A DNA stretch of 64,000 nucleotides, from contig NW_021836179.1 in the NCBI RefSeq assembly GCF_006345805.1, forward strand, positions 62,001 to 126,000. Direction: 5' to 3'. Position 1 is the stretch's first letter. The number at the start of each line of letters is the position of its first letter. A program made the translations under genes and the position numbers. Positions 52,832 through 64,000 of the stretch are shown one piece after another. The notes under the pieces were generated by a model. That model worked only from the letters and a program-made list of their open reading frames with translations, was not told the origin of the DNA and ran no database searches. This DNA comes from Octopus sinensis (Eukaryota).

Positions 52832-55800
52832 AGTTCAGCTTAGGCGGAGAATATTATTTTGATTTTTGGGGGCTTCATTTTTGAGAACTCCCTGAAAAGA
52901 TGTGGTTAGGGTCACAGAACAATGATATAAACATTTTTGCAATTTCAATTTTGGTAACTCCCCAAACCGAAAGGATCCCGTATTTCTGTAGTTATGCCCT
53001 AAATTTACTGACAAAATATACATTATTAAACGATTAAAGGACTCAAAAGAAAATTACACAAATTGGGTGTCAAAAGGGGAAATATCGTTTACCAAAAGGA
53101 AAGCCGTTGTGAGGGAGGTCTTCCTGCTTGTCTTCAGGAATACTTAAAAAGCTGACAAATGTCTGTAGATATAGACTAACCTCCTATGGTTCAGTTTCTT
53201 GTCTTAGATATCACACACCTCCGTTAACAAGTGTACAACAAATGCTATGTAGATATATTTTTTCACTTACCATTAGAATACTTGTTGATCTGACCAGGAT
53301 CCTTTCTTGAAATCCAGTTTGTTTTTCCCACCATGGATAGTAGAAATGCGCACAATATTTGCTACAAAGGGGCATACAAACAATTCGTGCTTTCGATCTA
53401 AGGTCCAAATGAAATATGAAGAAGGGCGAGCAAAGTTCCTCGATTCAAAGCTTTTTGCCCCCTTTCCTGTAAAATAGGGATCAACCAACTAAAGCTGTGA
53501 TCAAGAGAAATATTAAATCACAAATCATGTAAGTCGCTTCGTGTTATTCCTAGAGATCAACGTTCACCTGAACACAAGGTATTACTACATCTGATATAAT
53601 TAGATTCATCTTAATTAGAAGCACGTGTAGAAGCTGTTGATAATTATTCCCGCGGTTGAACGACACCGGTGTCATATATTAAAAGTCCCCAATATAACAC
53701 GAAGAGACGTTAAAATTATATTAATTCACACCTTTAATTGCATCTCAGCCAAGGTAAATGATAAAAACCTCATCCAGCTAAATAGTAATTACGTCTCAAC
53801 AAGAGTGTCTGCGCATGGTCACTGAACCTGCTAAAAATAGCAGCCAAATATTTCTGACATCATTACATCTTAGCATTAGAATGCATATAACCGTATGTTT
53901 GTTCATTAAACGGACATATGATTAGAAACACAGCAGGTGCTGTTCCCTACGCCTTTATCAGGGGTCGACAAACTATTTCGACCTTCGACCCTCAACTATA
54001 GCGAAGGTTGAAACGGAGCCCTTCCCGGCTTTCAAATTCCTTTGCGTTTCTGTTTTTCTCCGGAATCCCATGTTTTTAGGCCATGGAAATTTCGATTCTG
54101 GAAAAGATTATTTCAAAAATCCCAATATCAAAATTTCAGTCCCATATCCCTTTCCTTCGTTTTTTTACTTTTTCCTGAAATAAAGGGGGAAGGGTTCCGT
54201 TTACGGCGGGGGGTAAGACAATGGACCACACCCTCTTTCCGATGTTTTTGGGGTTTTGTTTTTACAGGAACCAACGATATCGAGGCGGAGATTCCAAATC
54301 TGCATTAAAATATTTTTAATCTCCCAACGCAATTTCTTAAATTTTCTACTAAAAACAAAATTTTTCTGGTGAAATTTGTAGAAAAATAAGGAGATTACGA
54401 TTCTGAAAAAAACAAAAAAAAAATGTAAATTCTAATTTTTCAAAATATACAAAATAAAAACCCCATCTCCTCCCCTGACCCATAACAAGAAATGAAATGA
54501 AAGTGTTTTCTTCTATTAATGTTTTACGCATTCATAAAATTACAAAATAGAAGCTGGACAAAGTGAGAGTCGGGTGGGGTTCAGGAGGTGATGCAGGCTG
54601 TGATGGGAATGGTGAGGAGAATAAGGGGAGGTAGAGAGGGGAACTGGATGAAGAGCCTGCTTTTTCCATTCAATTCCAATATTAACAACCGCATGATTTT
54701 CACTAAGAGAAAAAAGACAAAACTTGGATTTTTGGGGTGGAATCAAGTACCCTGACCTAATATGATGCTTCACGTCCCTTATATTGGTTTGGAAAACAAG
54801 AGGGTTGGGTCACCCCTTCCCATTTCGGAATCATTGGATATTTTTTCCGTTTCTTTCTTTCTTGAATGAATTCCTGTGACCTAATATGCTACAAAACTCT
54901 TTTTGGGGTCAGTAAAACGGGGTGGGGTGAGGTGGAAGCCTCAGAAATTTCACCCCACCCTCACTGATCTTTTCGCCTGTATGAAAAAACTGGGGAAGTC
55001 CCCCAATTTTTTGTTAACCACAATAAGGGATTTGCAGCATATTAGGAGGTCAGGGTACTTGATTCCACGCAAAAAATCCAATTTTTTTTCCTTACTGAAA
55101 ACTTTGTGGATAAAAAGATCAATGGCGATTGGGGCGAACATTCCAAGGCTTCCAGCTCCCTCCATCCCGTTTTTCGGACCCCAAAAAAGGTTTTGTAGCA
55201 TATTAGGTCAGAGGAATTCATTCAATGAAAAAAATAAGTTTCCAACGAAACTAAGATGGGGGTGTCCTCCCACTTTTCCAAACCAAAATAAGGGATTTGC
55301 AGCATATTAGGAGGTATTTCTTTTATCACAGCAGCTGGTTGCACCCCACAAGGTTTGATAGAACCTACTGAAGCAATCCAGCATCCTCCCAGTATTACTA
55401 CAGGTGACAGCGAGGCTCAGGTGTTAAGAAAAACCATGCACCCACACGGGCATCACCTTCCCTTTCCTGTAAAATAGGGATCAACCAACTAAAGCTGTGA
55501 TCAAGAGAAATATTAAATCACAAATCATGTAAGTCGCTTCGTGTTATTCATAGAGATCAACGTTCACCTGAACACGAGGTATTACTACATCTGATATAAT
55601 TAGATTCGTCTTAATTGGAAGCACGTGTAGAAGCTGTTGATAATTATTCCCGTAAAGAAATAAATCACAACACCATTAAATCACTTGGTAATCCATAATA
55701 ATTATGAAAATTCGTTTCTGAAAGCGAAATGGTAACAATTCTAGTCTTGGTAGAACTGCAATTCTTTCCCCTGACGATATGGACTTCCGCTTCCGCTGCA

Positions 55801-55933
55801 AGCTTTGTCGATGGCAAAGAAGACCAATTATTCGTTTTGCTCTCCCTTTGACCGAGATTTGCTGAAATCAAATCTATTTTCACACTAAATACTGATTTGT
55901 ATATCGTAACAGGTAAGATATACATACATATTT

Positions 55934-56175
55934 GGTACTACTAGCGAAGACTGGACCCGGTGCGCGCCCACGCGCTAGCTAGTCGTAAATAGTCGATCCT
56001 ACAACGACACACATATACATACATATATATATATATGTGTGTGTGCGTGTGTATATATATATGTATATATATATATATATATACAAATATATACATACAT
56101 ATATATATATATATACGTGTGTGTGTGTGTGTGAATATATATATATGTGTGTGTGTGTTTATATATATATTCATA

Positions 56176-56226
<51 letters not shown>

Positions 56227-56281
56227 ATTTATATATATATACATATATATATATATTTATAGATATATACATATATATATA

Positions 56282-56325
<44 letters not shown>

Positions 56326-56575
56326 CCTGAGTGATGTACCTACTATGGATGCTGTCCAAATACTAAAAACTAGTAAAACAATATATCATACACATTTTTG
56401 ATTTGTGTAAAAAAATCATATACGTTGTTCTAAGAAATAATTTATTTACTTTCTTTAAAAAAATTCTTTTATTTTAATTGTAAAATCAAATCATTTGCAT
56501 AAGCGCAGGTCGTTGTAGGATCGACTACTTACGACTAGCTAGCGCGCACCGGGTCCAGACTTCGCTAGTAGTACC
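55934..56575. mobile_element. Mutator-like MITE with GGTACTACTAGCGAAG TIRs, 9-bp TSD tacatattt and microsatellite core
   Basis: TSD at 55925-55933 and 56576-56584; ~70-bp inverted termini. Confidence 0.85.
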
Positions 56576-56799
56576 TACATATTTATCTATATACACAGAA
56601 GGCAGACCTCTTATCCGGTTTCTAGGAATCCCTGGACACTCAGCAATGATCTGTATTATACAGGGGCGAGTCCCTTGATTCCTTTGGCCGTAACTTTCTT
56701 CAGCAGCGAAGGTAAGGCGTGGATGTGAACAAACCGGTGGAGTGGGGCATTCGGAAAAATAAAGACACACATCTATAAGCGTGTGTATAATATATATTT

Positions 56800-57178
56800 C
56801 TTTACTACCTACAAGGGGCTAAACATAGAGGGGACAAACAAAGACAGACAAAGGGATTAAGTCAATTACATTGACTCCAGTGCGAAACTGCTACTTAATT
56901 TATCGACCCCGGCAGAATTTGAACTTAGAACGTAACGACAGATGAAATACCTATTTCTTTATTACCCACAAGGGGCTAAACACAGAGGGGACAAACAAGG
57001 ACAGACATAGGTATTAAGTCGATTACATCGACCCCAGTGCGTAACTGGTACTTTATTTATCGACCCCGAAAGGATGAAAGGCAAAGTCGACCCCGGCAGA
57101 ATTTGAACTCAGAACGTAACGACAGACGAAATACCTCTAAGCATTTCGACTGGCGTGCTAATGTTTCTGCCAGCTCTC
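56800..57178 (-). mobile_element. Tandem tRNA-derived SINEs (partial plus full)
   Basis: Two tttcttta.tacc.acaaggggctaaaca.agaggggacaaac tails; family of 35474/37592. Confidence 0.8.
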
Positions 57179-57710
57179 CATCTTGTGTGTGTATGATATA
57201 TATACATACATATATATATATGTGGCGTAACTTTGGTATAGGTACCGGATACATTTCAAGAAAGTGTTTTTTTTTTTATATATGGTGGGGTTAGGGTTAG
57301 GGGTACAAGAAAAGGGTTTCTGTTATCTTCAGAAGTGTAAAGAAAGCCACTTCCGGTACGTATACCGAAGGATCGCCGCAATTTATCTCTGTGCTTGCTG
57401 TTGCACAACTTCTTTTTGTGTGAACCCTGTGGAAACATTTATGAAAATGTACAGATAAATAAGTTAGGTTTGCAATTCTCTATAATTGATAGCATAGTTT
57501 GTATAAAATGAAATTAAATCCAGATTTAGCCACAGGTCGGTCAAGTTTGTGAAGTTTTAACAGTTTTGTGACAACCAAGTGTCTTGAGACATTCTAATGA
57601 AAAAGTGAAAGAAAGAGATAATGCCACCCTCGCTCTTTCGGAGAGAAATTAACTTTTGGTGGTGGTGGTTGTGGTGAGGAAAACATTTGTTTTATTATCA
57701 CAATTTCCAC

Positions 57711-58113
57711 AGGAGTGGCTGTGTGGTAAGTAGCTTGCTAACCAACCACATGGTTCTGGGTTCAGTCCCACTGCATGGCACCTCGGGCAGGTGTCTTTTG
57801 CTATAGCCCCGGGCCGACCAATGACTTGTGAGTGGATTTGGTAGACGGAAACTTAAAGAAGCCTGTCATATATATGTATATATATATATGTATATATATG
57901 TGTGCGTGTATGTTTGTGTGTCTGTGTTTGTCCCCTAGCATTGCTTGACAACCGATGCTGGTGTGTTTATGTCCCCGTCACTTGACAGTTCGGGAAATGA
58001 GACCGATAGAATAAGTACTGGGCTTACAAAGAATAAGTCCCGGGGTCGAATTGCTCGACTAAAGGCGGTGCTCCAGCATGGCCGCGGTCAAATGACTGAA
58101 ACAAGTAAAAGAG
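57711..58113 (+). mobile_element. tRNA-derived SINE, full length
   Basis: ggagtggctgtgtggtaagtagcttgc...ggttcagtccc head; counterpart of 36408-36787. Confidence 0.85.
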
Positions 58114-58755
58114 AAAGAGAGAGAATGTTCCCTTTCTTCTACCCCTGTAGCATAGGCAACATGGCTTGTCCCAGTAATGTCAGAGACATAAAGATCATTT
58201 TCTTCTGTTTTACTTGTTGGCTGCCACAGTTGTATCATTTCCCTCTTGTCCTGTCTTCTCAGAGATGTTTATACACTGGACAACATAACTAACCCCTGTC
58301 TTTACCTATCAACAACTCTAAATCGTTGTTTTGCTGATAATTCTAAATGAAACCCAATTCACCTTTGATGTATTCTTTGGGGAGGGGTTTGACCTTTTTC
58401 TACTTTTAATGTTTTTTCTTTCTTTTATTTTTGTAAAAATCTGTATCTGAATAGAAATTCTATATTCTGTGGAAGTAAATTGTCCTTAGAAAAGTGTATT
58501 TTATGATAGAAACCCGAAATAATGACAGTAATATACAAATATTTAATGAAACCTGTTTGATATTCGATTGGGGTGTTCCCGTGTGGGTCTCAGCAACTTG
58601 TGTACCCATTAAATTGTGAATGATTCACTCAGTTTTGTTGATCCACATCATGACAGCATCCATGCACAGAAGGGCAATGGATGCTGAATAAAAGGAAGAA
58701 AGGTGACAATGTGGGATTAGTGATGGTTTATTTACATCCTATTTTGCTCATCTTC

Positions 58756-58990
58756 CATCATCATCATCATCATCATCATTTAGCGTCCGCTTTCCATGCT
58801 GGCATGGGTTGAACGGTTCAACTGGGGTCTGGGAAGCCAGAAGGCTTCACCAGGCTCCAGTATGATCTGGCAGTGTTTCTACGGCTGGATGCCCTTCCTA
58901 ATGCCCACCACTCCGAGAGTGTAATGAGTGATTTTTACTTGCCGCCCACACAGGTGCCAGACGGGGCTAGCAAACGGCCACGGACGGATG
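58756..58990 (-). mobile_element. RTE-type 3' tail
   Basis: (cat)n ttagcgtccgctttccatgc...ggatgcccttcctaatgcc, homologous to 16040-16170. Confidence 0.75.
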
Positions 58991-59344
58991 TTGCTCGTTA
59001 CATGCCACCGGCACGGGGGCCACACGAGGCTGGCAGAAACAAATTTAGAGATCATGATTAACTATTAACGAATCTCTTTTACATAACACTCCACAGCCAC
59101 TTTTATGAAGAACAGTCAGAAGTGCTTTTCACCACTAGAGGAACGAGTCTTAACACTCTGCTATGGAGTTTGGGGTTTGTCTTTTTTTGTACAGCAAGGC
59201 ATCAGGATCCTCTGCCTTTTGTCATATCACATGAAAGGTTCAGCATTCTGAGTTTGCACTTTGGTATTTCATTACCCCCCTCCCACAATCGACCGCAGGA
59301 CTTATACTTTGTAAGCCTACTACTTATTCTATCGCTCTCGTTTG

Positions 59345-61320
59345 TTGAAAATGGCAGCTGAACGCAGATTGTCCCATACTTTCTCTTTCCGTCTGCCCTC
59401 CACTGACAAACCCAGCTCTCTCTCTCCCCTGTGATAGAACTACATCCATCTTCCTGTTGTAATTAGTCGACGTTGGAGAGGAGAGGATGTTGCGCCAACC
59501 AAAAGGGAACAATTGTGGATGGAGGGAAGAAAAGAAGGAAGAGAGGAAGAAAAGCCCTTGTGCAGGCCCAGACCCCGAAACTGTTTCTGCAGGGCAGCTT
59601 GGTTGCAGGAATCTGGGGGAGAATTTGACATTGAACAAGCATTCGAGTTACCTGAAGATTAGGTTTGTCAAGGTATTGGAGGGACAACAGGAATCTGTAA
59701 GAGGGACTAAATCTCAGAAAATACAACAGATTAGGAATCGACAAGGAATTCCTAAGTGTAGAAAAAACCTTGGTGGGTCACAATTAATTGAAGGTTATTT
59801 TAAAAGTTGTTTCAAGGTCAGCCACTTTGGATCTAAAGATGGACACAAAAGCTAGGTCAGTAACTGGGTCTCCAAGGGAGCACCACGCTGATGAAGGACG
59901 AATCGCGTTTGAGGGAAGGGAGTCAACAAATAATTTTGTTGCTTGCTCATGGCAAGGTGGGTGGTTGAGGGGCCAGAGCTCACATTTGGGTTAGGGTCAT
60001 CATTCTCGCTGTTGGAAGCACCTTGTCAGGAGGGCCTCCCAAAGAAGCATCATTGAGGTACCAGACATTTAGGTCTAGGTCAGCTTTCATCTTGGGAATA
60101 TCTTCAATGCCCAACGTGAATAGGGAACAATCAAGTGCATCACCCTGTTGGACACCAGAGGCAGATGGGATGAGGTGGTCACCAAATGAGAGGTTGGAGG
60201 GCTCATGATAGGCTTGCAAGCAAAGTGATAAACTGGTGGGGAATCCCCCTTACTGCGCAGAGGATGACGTCTCGACTGATGGAGTTAAAAGCATCCTTAT
60301 GGTCAAGTTTGGGAATGACATTCAGAAGGCAAGTTGGTGAAAGCCCTGGTGGCATGAGCAGCCAACTCACAGCCTAGCTAAGTACCCACTCCTAGCTGAA
60401 TAGGGGAAAATTCCTCAGTCAGGCAGTGACAGAGTACAATCAACTGCTATGGGGTGGAGGTCACCATTGGGCTTCATGAGACCAAATACCTTGTCCCCAA
60501 AGAACAGGGGACGAATGTAGGCAAGGACACTCTCGAAATAGTAAAATGTTATGAATTGTGTAAGGTTCTCCATGAGTGCGATTCCAGCATCACCGGCTGA
60601 CAGGTTGATATCATCCTTGAAATGCTGAAGTCATAAGCCATCGATTCTAGCACTAGAACCTGCCAGAAATGTGACAATTGCCTCCCTCATATTGTCAGGG
60701 GTGAAGATGGGATGTAGAAAACTTGGTGGGTTGGGCAAGTGTAGGTGATCATCTGGAGGGAGCAGAGAATGTTTCTCCTCCTGTTGGTTAAGGGAGTCTG
60801 TGATACACAGGATGAGGGAGGATAGAGAGGAAAGAAGGAGAACACTCCCTTTAGAGTCTAATTCTCTGAATTTGGTATTAACAACCTTCTTTATGTTAGG
60901 TGGTCGACCAGTGCTTGGGTTTGAACTGATGACCGACCCGAGATGACCACTGGTTGAGGTAGATTCGAACAGCAGTTTCGGGGAAGAAGTGAGGGATCCG
61001 TTATTCCCATTCATTGCGTAGAGGGAAACCAAAGGGAATAGGAACAGTTGCTGCCAATCGGAAGACTTTCTGCGGCAGTTTTGAGAGAACACAGACAAAA
61101 TAAGTCTCAGCAGCCTTAGGGATCCGATTGATGAACTTCAGCTGGGACAAACGCTGAAGAATGGCAGCAAAATCATCAACAGGGATCTGGACTTCAGGGT
61201 AAGGTTCTGTCCTACAAGGGATGTCGGAACTAAAGCGACATCAGTTGTATGTCCAGTTAAAAAGACTTTTGCTTTGAACCTGAGTAATGCTGACGCAGTT
61301 CCTGCGATGACTTGGACTAC
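59345..61320 (-). mobile_element. Degenerate CRE-clade non-LTR retrotransposon, RT region
   Basis: Minus strand: GSSARIDGL*LQHFKD, RPIAV, KLDHKDAFNSI, SGVQQGDAL, LNVWYLNDASLGGP, LRNSLSIPNLLYFLRFSP; these match CRE-type SAxGPDGLRPQHLKD, QQGDPLGP, WYLDDGT and IPKLLY.LR motifs. Many stops. Confidence 0.75.
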
Positions 61321-61334
61321 ACAAGTGGCATGTG

Positions 61335-61800
61335 ATCATCATCATCATTGTTCGACCGTGGTCGAGACAATGGAATTTACCATGCTACGCCAGACTTCAC
61401 GGTCCATCATGGCATAATGGAGGTCTTGTTGCTGGATGCCTGTATCCCTGGAGATTACATCAGGGTAGGAGAGTGTGCGCCCTCTGGTATTGAGCAGATG
61501 GCTTCCAGAGGAGAAGAGTAGAAATTGCCTCGTTTTCAGCTCTACAACAATGTCCAGCAAACTGGACTCTCCTACCTTTCACAAGAGATATCACAGGTGG
61601 TAGTTTCCCATATATTTGCATTTTGGTTGGATGGCGCTTCCACGAGAGATTTTGAGCTCTGATAAGGAGGCGAGTGTAGGTTCCATCCAACCGCCTCTCA
61701 AGCTTCTTTGATAAAGTCCAGGTTTCTGAGCCATATAGTTGAATTGGTTCGACTGTGGCTTTGATGAGACCAAGGCATGTGATGGTAGCTTGTACAGTTG
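61335..61800 (-). mobile_element. RTE-like 3' fragment, counterpart of 35760-36225
   Basis: ORF-track 61460-61849 and 61345-61560; frameshifted relative to the + copy. Confidence 0.8.
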
Positions 61801-61871
61801 CAGAGGACACAGCTTGGAGGTGAATTAGCAGCATCAGAGGGGTCAGCATAAGAGGTAGAATTCAGATGGGG

Positions 61872-62090
61872 CAGCGAGCTGGTAGAAACGTTAGCACGCC
61901 GGGCGAAATGCTTAGTGGTATTTCGTCTGCCGTTACGTTCTGAGTTCAAATTCCGCCGAGGTCGACTGTACATTTTATCCTTTCAAGGTCGATAAATTAA
62001 GTACCAGTTACGCACTGGGGTCGATGTAATCGACTTAATTCTTTTGTCTGTCCCCTCTATGTTTAGACCCTTGTGGGCAATGAAGAAATA
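61872..62090 (+). mobile_element. SINE with the same 15-bp TSD as 35474
   Basis: agaattcagatgggg at 61857-61871 and 62091-62105. Confidence 0.85.
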
Positions 62091-63815
62091 AGAATTCAGA
62101 TGGGGTGGGGGACAATAGCGCTGGAGCTAGAGGGGGTGGTTGAGTGGTGATGCAGGCAGGGTGGGGTGAATAAGGGGAGTAGGGAGAAGGTTAGCGATGG
62201 AGGTAGAGTGGGGAGCAGGACGAAGAGCGTTAATACTGGCAGTGGGGGTAGGAGACGATGTTGGTTAAGTTGGCAATTACTGGAGTTGTGGGCTGAATAA
62301 AGGGATGAGCAGGACAAATACCCACCAAATCCCACGCTAGAAGGGATCGGAGCATGTGGGGAAGGAGAGGATGAAGGGTGGCAGGGTGTGATGAAGCAGT
62401 TTAACCATCTGGAAAATTACAAAATTTCAAAGAAGATGTTTGTAGGCTTTTCCTTTCCCTGTGTGTTCTCTCTCCACTTCATGTTTGTAGAGAATTTCAT
62501 TGAAAACACACTTTTTTTTGTTTTGAAAGACAGGAGGAAACAAAGTGGAGAGGAGTTGTGTAGGTATGCCAATTATGGTTATATCAGAATTAAAATTGTT
62601 TTCTTTACATTTTCCAATTTCTCTTTATTTACCCAAAAATATAATGCTATTTATTGCCAAATGATTCGCATGTTTGATGGCATGGAAGACGTACCGTTTC
62701 CATTAAAAGGCGTTTCAAAAACAAATCACCCCTTATCCAAGGTGATATAAATATTTATTTACAGCAAAGAAAATTACTGTAGAACAGTAAATTTCTAAGA
62801 TTTTCACAAAGCAAAAAGAAAAAAAAACTTGGATTTTTTGCGTGGAGTCAAATACCTCTTAATATGCTGCAAATCCCTTATTTGGGTTCAGAAAAAAAGT
62901 GGGGAGGGAGACCCCTTCCCACCCTGGAATCATTGGATATTTTTGTCTTTTTTCGTTGGATGAAGTTCTGTGACCTCGTAATATGCTACAATGCTTTTTG
63001 GGGACTGTAAAACGGGGTGAAGTGAGGAGGAAGCCTCAGAAATTTCACCTGCATGAAAAAAGTGGGGATAGCAGCTTTGTTCATCTAATTGCTTCATCAG
63101 AAGCAAATTGACACAGAGGAATAAGAAGCAAGCTGAAATAAACAAGCAAACATAGATCAAAGCCCAGCATCAACAAAGACCTTGGATGCAATTAATAAAC
63201 GAAAAGCAATCAAACATACATATTTAGGTACATATAAAAACCAAGTCAGCAAGTTTCAGTGTTGAAGACATATTTATTTAACCACGTCACCTCCACACGA
63301 TTTCACAATCTTCTTCATGGAGTATATATTTTCAGTATGCAAGAAATTGTGTCTTGCTAAAAACCCAGTTACTCTAAAAGATGTTCACCTGGATTTCTCC
63401 ACCATCTGCTCTCATGATGCTGCACTGCCTCACACGTTTCTCCTCTTTTAGATTTCAGCTTTAATATCAATGGGCCTCTCGTGTCTGCTACACACACAAC
63501 TATATTTATCTGCACATCACTGTTTCCACTCCTCACAATTGTCTAATCTAGTGCTTCCTAAAGTGGCAATATTTATGGTTATACAAATTATTTTCTACAC
63601 ACAATTCTAACAAATACCTGTGCCCAGCAAAACTATGTGTATCCCAGGTAAGTGCTTACAAAAAGGGTTGGCATCATAAACAATACCTCAAAAAGGAACC
63701 CTGATGATTATGAATGTTACCAAGAGTTCATCAGTTACTGACAATGCCCACAAGGAGAAAGGGTTCTAAAATGTCTGTTGCTGTGTGCTGCAAAGATATT
63801 TGATAAATAATACAG

Positions 63816-64000
<185 letters not shown>

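Noticed and set aside
55934-56575. Helitron 3' ends (GC hairpin plus CTAG) at 2253, 55938 and 56570
   Set aside because: The ends form TIRs with a 9-bp TSD, which fits a Mutator-like MITE.

Overview
AT-rich eukaryotic DNA with no prokaryotic features. The tRNA-derived SINEs, (GAT)n-tailed RTE LINEs and pure HTGEKP zinc-finger arrays suggest an octopus/coleoid cephalopod C2H2-ZNF cluster (inference; no database search run). The window is an array of a 6-11.5 kb cassette: [long-IR element 'A'] - [optional RTE] - [blocks 'B','C'] - [intron with MITEs] - [splice acceptor, ~380-nt 5'UTR, uninterrupted ZNF ORF] - [3' flank] - [block 'D'] - [SINE piece] - [CRE-LINE endonuclease relic]. Four cassettes lie on + (U1 <1-7062, U2 7063-12950, U3 12951-24440, U4 24441-34495) and three on - (U5 ~40688-48944, U6 ~48945-55320, U7 ~63070->64000). 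A terminal block X (34496-37310) recurs inverted at ~57220-63070. The seven ZNF genes (five complete ORFs, one frameshifted, one cut by the window end) have no effector domain in the ORF. They share a fixed atypical first finger and an ancestral last finger, and have variable, shuffled internal 84-bp fingers. Clustered octopus ZNF expansions are established knowledge. What the sequence shows in detail is finger-level shuffling, a nonsense switch on the last finger, reciprocal deletions in a foldback transposon, mosaic cassettes and a dismembered CRE-clade retroelement. Coordinates were read by eye; degenerate-element boundaries are approximate.
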